Shown in pieces: positions 24,594 through 32,000 of a stretch of DNA of 32,000 nt; the first letter of the stretch is position 1, and every line of letters begins with the position of its first letter. Made by a program: the position numbers and the translations under genes. The notes beneath the pieces are model-generated. The model made no database searches. It had not been told where the DNA came from and was given only the letters and a program-made list of their open reading frames with translations. This DNA comes from Candidatus Poriferisodalis sp. (GTDB lineage Bacteria; Actinomycetota; Acidimicrobiia; Acidimicrobiales; Poriferisodalaceae): assembly GCF_965208555.1 (NCBI RefSeq), contig NZ_OZ242342.1, positions 2,253,544 through 2,285,543 of the forward strand, in the 5' to 3' direction.

Positions 24594-26333
24594 ATGAACC
24601 CCGCCGTACGAAACCGACCGGTCGGCGGCCGGCGGCCCTCGCCCCGCTCGTCTGTCGGCGGTGCCTGTTTGGTGGAGCTGCGTACCCGGCTGGCACGAAG
24701 CTGTGAGGCCGAAGGGAGCGGCGACGACAACGGTTTGGGCAGCGATGTCGCCGGTGCTCGGAGCGTCCGTGATGCTGTGGATGCCGCAGTGAGCCCGCTG
24801 GCTGGCACCGGTCCGCTGGTCGGTGCGAGGGCGGCTCGGTCTGTTGACGATGGGGATCTGGTGTGGTGCGCGCAGGCGGTGCAACGGGCGATCAACGTGC
24901 TCGAGGGAGCACGCAGTGCGCTTGCGGCCGAGGCCTCACGGCGCCAGTTGCATGCGCGCCGTGGGGAGGCCTCGGCGGCCGAGACGCTGGTCAATGCCAC
25001 TGGGGTGGGAGGCGCGTTGGCCCGACGTGTCGAACGCGAGGCAGAGGTTCTGGATGCTCAACCGCAGGTGGCCGAGTCCTTGGGGCACGGTGCGATTAAC
25101 GCAGAGCAAGCTGCCCTGGTTGCCGCGGCCGAGGTCCCCGACGAGGTGCGAAGGGACCTGTGCAAGCAGGCTCGAAACCAGACAGCCGACGAGACACGGA
25201 AGACCGTGCGCGCCGCCGAAGCCGCGTGGCGACGCGAGAGCGATGCGCAGCGGCAGGCTCGTCAGCGCGCAGCGAGGTCGGCCTCGATGTGGATCGATCC
25301 CGACAACGGCATGTGGCACCTGCGTGCGAAGTTCGACGCGCTGACTGGCGACGCAGTCAACCGACTCTTGGTGAGCGCTATCGAGCGGAATTGGCGCAGC
25401 GACAAAGAGCTGCCTGAATCGAAGCGCCGCAGCGTTCAGCAGCGTGCCGCCGACGCGCTCGCGTGGCTGATCACGGCCGCCGGCGCCCAAGGTGCGACAC
25501 GAGCGGACGGAAGCGCTGCTACCGCCAGCGCTGGCCAACGGGCTGGTTCCTTGCCTCGCGAGGTCGCTGCGGCGGCCAGAGCTCCAAGCGCAAACAGCGC
25601 TTCCCATGAGCCCGCGTCGGCTGCCGGCTTCCCTAGAGCGGGGCTCGCGTCCCGCGATTCCGGAAACGTCGTCGGCGGGGGCACGGGAGACGACGTCTGG
25701 ATCGTGCCGAATCCAACGCAGATGATCGTGCTCACCACGCTGGACAATCTGCGTGGCGGCTCGAGCGAACGAGCTACGGCCGCGGGCGCCAATGGCGAGT
25801 CGCCGTCGCTCGCGCGTCCATTGTCGGCAACGCCAGCTGCTCAGTCCACGGACGTGGCGTCGAGGCTGGCGATGGACCCGTTGGCAGTTCCCGGCGTTGC
25901 GGGCATCACCGAGAACGGCACCGTGCTCGGCGCCGCCGATCTGCGCAGAATCGCCTGCGATACCCAGATCATCCCGGTGGTGATGGGCGGCCCGAGCGAA
26001 GTGCTTGACGTTGGACGGGCCAAGCGCACCATTACGCCGGCCTTGCGTCGGGCATTGATTGCACGCGACCAACGATGCGTATGGCCCGGCTGCGATCGAG
26101 CGCCCGTTCACTGCGACGGGCATCACCTCCAGCACTGGCTCGACGACGGGCCGACCAGCCTGGACAACTTGGCGCTGCTCTGCCACAGCCACCACCACCG
26201 GTTGCACGAATACAACCTGGTGCTGCACCCGCCGACCGGCCCCGCTCCGCCCGGGGATGGCTGGACTGTCACACAGGCCGCGCCCCGCAAGGCATGCACG
26301 CCGGTCCGAGATCACACTCGACAGAACCGTTGA
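24594..26333 (+). CDS. DUF222 + HNH endonuclease (actinobacterial 13E12-type)
   Basis: The C-terminal HNH motif is CVWPGCDRAPVHCDGHHLQHWLDDGPTSLDNLALLCHSHHHRLHE. The upstream region is helical and Ala/Arg-rich, as in DUF222. I chose the ATG at 24594 because the 24000-24593 part of the ORF lies antisense to DUF1697. Confidence 0.8.
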   Translation: MNPAVRNRPVGGRRPSPRSSVGGACLVELRTRLARSCEAEGSGDDNGLGSDVAGARSVRDAVDAAVSPLAGTGPLVGARAARSVDDGDLVWCAQAVQRAINVLEGARSALAAEASRRQLHARRGEASAAETLVNATGVGGALARRVEREAEVLDAQPQVAESLGHGAINAEQAALVAAAEVPDEVRRDLCKQARNQTADETRKTVRAAEAAWRRESDAQRQARQRAARSASMWIDPDNGMWHLRAKFDALTGDAVNRLLVSAIERNWRSDKELPESKRRSVQQRAADALAWLITAAGAQGATRADGSAATASAGQRAGSLPREVAAAARAPSANSASHEPASAAGFPRAGLASRDSGNVVGGGTGDDVWIVPNPTQMIVLTTLDNLRGGSSERATAAGANGESPSLARPLSATPAAQSTDVASRLAMDPLAVPGVAGITENGTVLGAADLRRIACDTQIIPVVMGGPSEVLDVGRAKRTITPALRRALIARDQRCVWPGCDRAPVHCDGHHLQHWLDDGPTSLDNLALLCHSHHHRLHEYNLVLHPPTGPAPPGDGWTVTQAAPRKACTPVRDHTRQNR

Positions 26334-26391
26334 GCAGCTGGCAGAGGGAATCCGGCAGGGGGAATACTGAGACCAGGGAAGGGGACGAGCG

Positions 26392-27021
26392 ATGAACGGA
26401 CAGGTCAGCGACCCGGCAGGGCTGCGGGAGATTTACCGTCAGCCATCCAAGCTGGTGGCGAACAAGACCGCACCCAAAATCGATGCCGAGTCGGCCCGAT
26501 TTCTGGCGATGTCGCCGCTGTGCGTGCTGGCCACGCACGGGCCGGGCGGTACCGATGCCTCGCCTCGAGGCGGGCCGCCAGGGTTTGCCCGGGTGCTCGA
26601 TGGCGGCACACGCCTGGCGTTCGGCGACCTCAGCGGCAACAACCGCCTCGACTCCTACACGAACCTGGTCGAGAACCCCCAAGTCGGCCTGATCTTCTTC
26701 GTGCCCGGCACCGACCACACCGTCCGGGTCAACGGCGCCGCCTCACTGACCACCGATCCCGACGTCTGCGCTGCCACCGCAGTCGGCGAGCGGGTGCCCA
26801 AAGCAGCGGTAGTTGTCGATGTCGATGAATGCTTCGTGCACTGTGCGAAAGCGCTCTTGCGGGCAAGCATCTGGGACACCTCGACATGGCCGGACGCCGA
26901 CGTGCCCACGCTGGGCAACATCATCGCCTGCCAGCACGACCTGGGAGTCGAGGCCGAGGTCATCGACCGCAACGTCGACACCAACTACACCGAGACCATG
27001 TGGGAGAGCGGGGGCTCCTAG
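26392..27021 (+). CDS. Pyridoxamine 5'-phosphate oxidase (PPOX) family FMN-binding protein
   Basis: 209 aa with GGAAGGGGA upstream. It has SPLCVLATHGPGGTDASPRGGPPGF, GNNRLDSYTNLVENPQVGLIFFVPG and VRVNG, typical of the PPOX class split-barrel family. Confidence 0.7.
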   Translation: MNGQVSDPAGLREIYRQPSKLVANKTAPKIDAESARFLAMSPLCVLATHGPGGTDASPRGGPPGFARVLDGGTRLAFGDLSGNNRLDSYTNLVENPQVGLIFFVPGTDHTVRVNGAASLTTDPDVCAATAVGERVPKAAVVVDVDECFVHCAKALLRASIWDTSTWPDADVPTLGNIIACQHDLGVEAEVIDRNVDTNYTETMWESGGS

Positions 27022-27043
27022 GAATCGTCAGGCCGAGCAGTCG

Positions 27044-27793
27044 CTAAACGGTGCGGAGCGTCTCGGTGTTGCCGTCCACGCTGAGGATCTGTCCGGAGAC
27101 ATAGCGGGCGGCATCCGAGAGCAGCCAACAGCAGGCCTCGCCTATGTCGGCGCCAGTGACCAACGTGTGCAGCGAGACCTGGGCGGTGTAGCCGGCCTTG
27201 ATGGCTTCGGGTGTGGTCCCGGTGGCGGCGGCCTCCCGCTCGATGACGCCATCCATGCGCGGGCCCTCCACGGTGCCGGGGCACACGGCGTTGACCCGGA
27301 TGCCGCGCTCGCCCAGCTCCATCGCCCAGGTCTTGGTGAGACCTACCACCGCCCACTTCGAGGCCGCATAGGGGCTGCGCAGCGGGTAGCCGAAGATGCC
27401 GGCTGTGGAGACGATGTTGACGATCGAGCTGCCGACGCCGAGCAGCGGCACGGCGGCGGCGGTGCAGCGGAACGTGCTGCCCACGTTGACCTGCACGCAG
27501 TCGTCGAACGCTGATGGGTCGAGGTCTTCGACCCGGCCGGTCGGCCCGGCGATGCCGACGTTGTTGACCAGCCCGTCGATGCCGCCCATGGCGCTGGCCG
27601 CCGCCTCGAACAGCCGGGCCACGTCAACCTCGTCGGCGACGTCGTAGTAGCCGTCGGCGTGGGTACTCCGGTCGATGTCGACACCGAATACCTGGGCCCC
27701 GTAGCGACGAGCAGTGTCGGCAATGGCTGCGCCGATGCCGGCGCCCGCTCCGGTCACCACGATCCGCTTGCCTTCCAACATGTTCGGCGGCAT
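27044..27793 (-). CDS. SDR-family oxidoreductase
   Basis: The Rossmann motif is KRIVVTGAGAGIGAAIA. It also has NNVGIAG and the catalytic YAASKWAV (YxxxK). The start is MPPNMLEGK at 27793, or the M at 27781. The longer ORF to 27943 has a non-SDR-like extension. Confidence 0.85.
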   Translation of the reverse strand: MPPNMLEGKRIVVTGAGAGIGAAIADTARRYGAQVFGVDIDRSTHADGYYDVADEVDVARLFEAAASAMGGIDGLVNNVGIAGPTGRVEDLDPSAFDDCVQVNVGSTFRCTAAAVPLLGVGSSIVNIVSTAGIFGYPLRSPYAASKWAVVGLTKTWAMELGERGIRVNAVCPGTVEGPRMDGVIEREAAATGTTPEAIKAGYTAQVSLHTLVTGADIGEACCWLLSDAARYVSGQILSVDGNTETLRTV

Positions 27794-27973
27794 GGGCAGC
27801 ACGCTACGAGCCGCTGAGTACCTGTCTTGGCCTGCCCGACCGGTACCGATCCGTCTGCACCTGCCCTGGCTGGTCCAACCGATGCCGATCTGCCCGCGCG
27901 CCCTGACAGTCGGGGATAGTCCGCTCGACAAGGGCGAGACCAACTGTTCCCGACGGCGTCATAGGGTGGCCGC

Positions 27974-29617
27974 GTGCGGCTCCGTGAGTGCGTCTCGAGT
28001 CGGCGTCGTTGCGCCCCAAGCGCTTCCGCTAGGTGTGTCGCTGCGTGCCGTGCTCGCGCCCGGAGCATCGCGGCGATGCTGGCGATCACCCTGCTCGCAA
28101 CGGCTTGTGCCACCACGGACTCGACTGTGCCGGTACCCGACGCCGAACCTGCATCGAACACATCAGGCGACCCGGCAGCCTCGTCGGGAGAAGACTCTGG
28201 CCAGCAGGCCACACCCGCCACCACAGCGGACACTTCGGGGACCACCGCTGACTCGTCAGCGGCGGCCGCCGGCACGAGCGAGAACACCGTTGTCCTCGAC
28301 CCGCGCGAAATCGGCTCGCTGCGCAACTTCCTCGGCTACACGTTCCCTCCTGCGCCGGAGGTGCCGACAGGCCCGCTGTCACGGGCCGCTCAGAACGACC
28401 TCAACATGGTCTGGTCCGGCCTGCAGCGAGGCGGGGTCAGCGGCGACGCCATCGCCCGGCTCGGCCAGACGGACGACCCTCGACTCGGGTGGATCGTCTC
28501 CGACCTGCTCAGGTTCGTTCCGCCGGGCGAACTCACCGACGGGGCCATTTCGGCCTTCCAGTCGTTGACCAGCGTCAGGCTCGCCGACGACCCCGTCGCC
28601 CTCCGCAGCCCATGGCAGTCGGTGACCGACCACCTGCTCGCCTGGGACTTGCCCGTCTTCGACGGCTATGCCGAGTACAAGGAGCGGCTGTTCACGCTGG
28701 TCGAGCCCGGCTGGCAGCCGTTCTTCGACGACCCCGACGCCAAGATCGACTGGCGCATCGTGAGCTGGGGCGGGGTGCTCATCGACAACCGTGACCTCGG
28801 CGACCCCCGCCTCTGCCCCCGGGGCTGCATCCCCGCGCTTGACAACCCGGGCGTCACCGATGCGGCGGGCGGCTCGTGGTACCCCGACGACGGCGTCGTG
28901 TTCGCCGTCGTGCTCGGCGGCGAGGCCCGGGCCTACCCCCGCCACATCATGGAAATCCACGAGATGATCAACGACTCGCTCGGCGGGCGGCGCATCGGCA
29001 TGCCCTACTGCACGCTGTGCGGCTCGGCCCAAGCGTACCTGACCGAGGAGGTGCCCGACGGCGTCGCCACCCCCGTGCTGCGCACCTCGGGCCTGCTGTC
29101 ACGGTCCAACAAGGTCATGTACGACCTCATCACGAAGTCGGTGTTCAACACCTTCACCGGCGAAGCGGTATCGGGACCGCTGCGAGAGCAGGGCGTCGTG
29201 CTGCCGCAGACCACTGTCGTGACCACCACGTGGGGCGAATGGAAAGCCGCCCATCCCGAGACGACGATCGTGGCCTCGGACGGGGGGATCGGCCGCCAGT
29301 ACCCGCTGGACCCGCTGGGCGGCCGCGACGATCGCGGGCCGATCTTCCCGGTCGGCGACGTCGACGGGCGCCTCAGCGTCCAGGACCAGGTCTTCGGCGT
29401 AGTGCTCGACGACGGCACCCCGGTCGCGTTCCCCGTCGCCGCCGCCGTGGTCGAGCTCGAAGCCGGCGGGGTGGTGGAGCTGAGCGGGGTCACGCTGCAG
29501 CTCGACGGCGGTGGGGTGCGTGCGGTGGACGCCGATGGCAATCCCGTCGAAGGCCACCAGTCGTTCTGGTTCGCCTGGAGCCAGTTCATGGCCGACACCC
29601 TGCTCTGGGAGCCCTAG
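27974..29617 (+). CDS. DUF3179 domain lipoprotein
   Basis: The lipobox LLATAC follows an Arg-rich n-region. The DUF3179 core is GCIPALDNPGV, VFAVVLGGEARAYP, HEMINDSLGGRRIGMPYCTLCGSAQAY, LRTSGLLSRSNKVMYDLITKSVFNTFTGEAVSGP. The start is uncertain: GTG at 27974 or ATG at 28076. Confidence 0.8.
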   Translation: MRLRECVSSRRRCAPSASARCVAACRARARSIAAMLAITLLATACATTDSTVPVPDAEPASNTSGDPAASSGEDSGQQATPATTADTSGTTADSSAAAAGTSENTVVLDPREIGSLRNFLGYTFPPAPEVPTGPLSRAAQNDLNMVWSGLQRGGVSGDAIARLGQTDDPRLGWIVSDLLRFVPPGELTDGAISAFQSLTSVRLADDPVALRSPWQSVTDHLLAWDLPVFDGYAEYKERLFTLVEPGWQPFFDDPDAKIDWRIVSWGGVLIDNRDLGDPRLCPRGCIPALDNPGVTDAAGGSWYPDDGVVFAVVLGGEARAYPRHIMEIHEMINDSLGGRRIGMPYCTLCGSAQAYLTEEVPDGVATPVLRTSGLLSRSNKVMYDLITKSVFNTFTGEAVSGPLREQGVVLPQTTVVTTTWGEWKAAHPETTIVASDGGIGRQYPLDPLGGRDDRGPIFPVGDVDGRLSVQDQVFGVVLDDGTPVAFPVAAAVVELEAGGVVELSGVTLQLDGGGVRAVDADGNPVEGHQSFWFAWSQFMADTLLWEP

Positions 29618-29806
29618 CCCGCACTCCGATCCCCGAGGCCGCGGTCTCAAGAACCCGGCACGCCGACAGGCCGCGCCGACGCGCGCGGAGGCCGCGGCCG
29701 AATGGCTCGTGAGCGCAGCGAACCAACGCGCGAGCCAACAGCATGGCCATGCGAAGGATCGCGTCGTGGAGCAGCCGCGAGCGGCGCGCTGGCTAGCGGC
29801 GGACCG

Positions 29807-31462
29807 TCAGCACATGAGCAGGCTGTCGAAAGCGGCCATGGCGGCAGTGGTCGTCGCATTGGGGTGGCGCCAGGCGACATGGCCGTCGGGGCGCACCAGC
29901 ACGGCACCCGCCTGACCGATGCCATACGCGGCTGCGAGGTCACCGCCTGGATCGTTGAGGTCGATGCCGAGCCGCAGCGCACGAAGCATCGGGTGGGCCG
30001 CAACGCCATCTCCGGCTTCGGTCCCGTCGGCCTTAGCACCAGTGTCGACGTCGGCAAGATCGACGTCGGCACCGCAGATCAGCACGAACTGCGTGTCGTA
30101 GAGGTCCAGCGTCGATGTCGCCCCGTCGAAGTCGATCGGCACATGGGGAGCACGGTGCCCCGGCCGGGCCGTCGGGGCGTAGTCGGTCACCGGGTCGTCC
30201 ACCTGCGGCGGCGCTGTGCCGTCGCCGATCAGGCAGCCGTCCTCGTAGTGCAGCCCGAGGTCCATCCCGAGCCAGTTCCCGTACCGCTCCGAGGATGCGA
30301 GGGCCACACGCTTCTCGTCGATGGTCGCCGTGCCCGATTCGACCAGCCGCCGGATCCGCCCGACGCTTCGAGAGTTCTCACGGGACCGATCAGCGTTGTA
30401 CTGGGCAATGGGTGCCCGCTCGGCCTCGTACGTGTCCAGCAACCCCTCGCCGGCATGGCCGCCGGCCACGGCAGCGAACTTCCACGCCAGGTTGTGGGCG
30501 TCCTGAACGGCCGTGTTCATGCCGAAGCCACCCGTGGGCGGCAGCTGGTGCGCAGCATCGCCGATCAGGAACATCCGCCCGTCCCGGAACCGCTCTGCCA
30601 CCGTCGAGGACATCACCCACGGGATGACGTCGGTCACCCGCAGGTCAAAGCTGTCGGAAAGCGCCTCGTCGCCGATCGAACGCCGGATCCACTGTTCGGC
30701 CATGTCGGTCGTGAAGTCCTCCGGACGGTGCGTCGACGGGTCGTAGTTGATCTGGCACAGCCATCGATCATTGGTGTCGATCTTCTGGAAGACGTTGCGG
30801 GCCGGCTTCGTCGTCCAGTACAGGGCGGACGGTCGATGATCGGTCCACGGCCCCAGGTCGGCGTAGAACTGGCAGTTGATCATCGTGCCGAAGCTGGCGA
30901 TGCCGTCCATCTCGATGCCGAGGCTGCGACGCACGCTTGACGACGCCCCGTCGGCACCGACCAGCCAACGTGCCGTCAGGTGCTGCGTGCCCGATGGATC
31001 GCCCACCTCAGCCGTCACGTGCTCGCCGTCTTGGACCACCTCGAGGAGCTCCGTGTCCCAGCAGATCTGCACCTCGCTCATGCCCGCCAGCCGGCGCAGC
31101 AGGACTTCCTCGATCCGGTCCTGCGATGTCAGCAGCCACGGCGCCGGCGACAGCTCCACTCCGTTCACGACCGGCTGCACTCCCGTCGTCACCCGGCCGA
31201 TCTCGGTGCCGGCCAGCGTCTCGCAGTACACGAACTGCTCGGTCCACGGCAGCGGCAGGCTCACGGCCTCGATCTCGTCCAGCACGCCCCACTGGCGCAT
31301 CAGCTCGGCCGTCCGCACGTTGACCGACCGGGCGCGGGGATGGGGATTCACACCTCCGCGGCGCTCGACAACGACGGTGTCCAGCCCGAAGCGCCCGAGC
31401 AGGATCGCCATCGACAACCCCGCCGGCCCCGCACCCGCCACCAGCACCGTCGTGTCAGTCAC
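29807..31462 (-). CDS. FAD-dependent aromatic-ring monooxygenase (PheA/TfdB-like)
   Basis: GTG start. The dinucleotide fold is VLVAGAGPAGLSMAILLGRFG. It has the motif FLIGDAAHQLPPTGGFGMNTAVQDAHNLAWKF. At 551 aa it has a C-terminal extension like phenol-hydroxylase-type enzymes. Confidence 0.85.
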   Translation of the reverse strand: MTDTTVLVAGAGPAGLSMAILLGRFGLDTVVVERRGGVNPHPRARSVNVRTAELMRQWGVLDEIEAVSLPLPWTEQFVYCETLAGTEIGRVTTGVQPVVNGVELSPAPWLLTSQDRIEEVLLRRLAGMSEVQICWDTELLEVVQDGEHVTAEVGDPSGTQHLTARWLVGADGASSSVRRSLGIEMDGIASFGTMINCQFYADLGPWTDHRPSALYWTTKPARNVFQKIDTNDRWLCQINYDPSTHRPEDFTTDMAEQWIRRSIGDEALSDSFDLRVTDVIPWVMSSTVAERFRDGRMFLIGDAAHQLPPTGGFGMNTAVQDAHNLAWKFAAVAGGHAGEGLLDTYEAERAPIAQYNADRSRENSRSVGRIRRLVESGTATIDEKRVALASSERYGNWLGMDLGLHYEDGCLIGDGTAPPQVDDPVTDYAPTARPGHRAPHVPIDFDGATSTLDLYDTQFVLICGADVDLADVDTGAKADGTEAGDGVAAHPMLRALRLGIDLNDPGGDLAAAYGIGQAGAVLVRPDGHVAWRHPNATTTAAMAAFDSLLMC

Positions 31463-32000
31463 AAACGCTCGTCAACGCGGCCAAGGCTTCTCGCAACTGA
31501 GCGTCGAGGTCGGGATCGCTCACTGCGCCAGCCCCGGTGTCGAAGTTCTCGCCGAACCGGGGAATCGACAGGGTCGCCAGAATCTCGTTGCCGAAGTACC
31601 CGGCGAGGTGACTGGCCGTTCGCAGCACGAAGCCGCCACCCCCGCCGCCCGGCGATGTGGACAGCATCACGATCGGCTTGTCGTGGTAGACGCGCATGTC
31701 GATCCGCGACGCCCAGTCGAACACGTTCTTGTAGGCGACCGTGTACGAGCCGTTGTGCTCGGCGAATGAGATCAGCAGCGCATCAGCCGCCCCGAGCGCG
31801 TTGTAGAAGTCGTGCGCCGGCTGCGGGATGCCCCCGGCCTCCTGCCGGTCGATGCTGTAGATCGGCATCTCGAAGTCGTTCAGATCGAGCATGCTGATCT
31901 CCAGCGCATCGGGGTCGACACCGTCGATCTCGCCGCCTTGGAGCAACCTGACGGCGTAGTCCACCAGTTGCCGGTTGATCGACTGGCTGCTGTTGGAGGC
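31455..32000 (-). CDS. NAD(P)H-dependent FMN reductase family protein (5' end outside the window)
   Basis: It has LLISFAEHNGSYTVAYKNVFDWASR, typical of the FMN_red family. The reading frame stays open to the window edge (...ASNSSQSINRQLVDYAV). Its stop overlaps the monooxygenase GTG start by 8 nt. Confidence 0.75.
   Translation of the reverse strand, partial: ASNSSQSINRQLVDYAVRLLQGGEIDGVDPDALEISMLDLNDFEMPIYSIDRQEAGGIPQPAHDFYNALGAADALLISFAEHNGSYTVAYKNVFDWASRIDMRVYHDKPIVMLSTSPGGGGGGFVLRTASHLAGYFGNEILATLSIPRFGENFDTGAGAVSDPDLDAQLREALAALTSVCD

Noticed and set aside
24936-26315. A 459-aa minus-strand ORF.
   Set aside because: It is antisense to the HNH/DUF222 gene and has no recognisable motifs, so it is a high-GC artefact.
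29637-29700. A repeated GAGGCCGCGG string and a GGCCGCGG/CCGCGGCC inverted pair in the spacer between the convergent DUF3179 and monooxygenase genes.
   Set aside because: The match rests on the self-complementary CCGCGG core in very GC-rich DNA. It is too short and too expected by chance to call a structured element.
27714-29712. A plus-strand 284-aa ORF (27714-28568) and a 278-aa ORF (28876-29712).
   Set aside because: They are alternative frames of the SDR upstream region and the DUF3179 gene, and are Arg/Pro-rich. The DUF3179 frame carries the conserved motifs.
29702-31897. Plus-strand ORFs of 412, 297 and 305 aa.
   Set aside because: They are antisense or out of frame relative to the FAD monooxygenase and FMN reductase genes. 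They are Arg/Pro-rich and low-complexity.

Overview
This window looks like a high-GC actinobacterial chromosome segment. My hand counts of single 60-nt lines after ~13.6 kb give roughly 70-75% GC. The left ~13.6 kb is a compositionally foreign island, with spot counts of ~45-65% GC. It carries a near-complete type 1 BREX operon, brxB-brxC-pglX-pglZ-brxL, tightly translationally coupled. brxA and any regulator would lie upstream of the window. Two things at the 3' end of the operon are non-canonical and are my best candidates for something new. First, the BrxL homologue keeps the BrxL N-domain and AAA+ core, but where a Lon-like domain is expected it has a C-terminal AlbA_2/Schlafen-like domain. 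Second, a very low-GC FRG-domain gene follows brxL with no convincing terminator in between. The island ends at ~13.6 kb next to an orphan three-Cys DUF5131 (phage Gp37/Gp68) gene. The rest of the window holds an MBL-fold (AHL-lactonase-like) hydrolase, a RelE/Gp49-like toxin with an XRE antitoxin and a palindromic operator, and an orphan HicB-HTH gene. It also holds a 1661-aa secreted protein built from cadherin-like and tandem pre-peptidase C-terminal (PPC) modules, an ABC-2 exporter pair, DUF1697, a DUF222-HNH endonuclease, a PPOX-family protein, an SDR, a DUF3179 lipoprotein, and an FMN-reductase/FAD-monooxygenase pair. I saw no rRNA, tRNA, CRISPR array, transposase or integrase. All family assignments come from motif recognition by eye, not from database searches.
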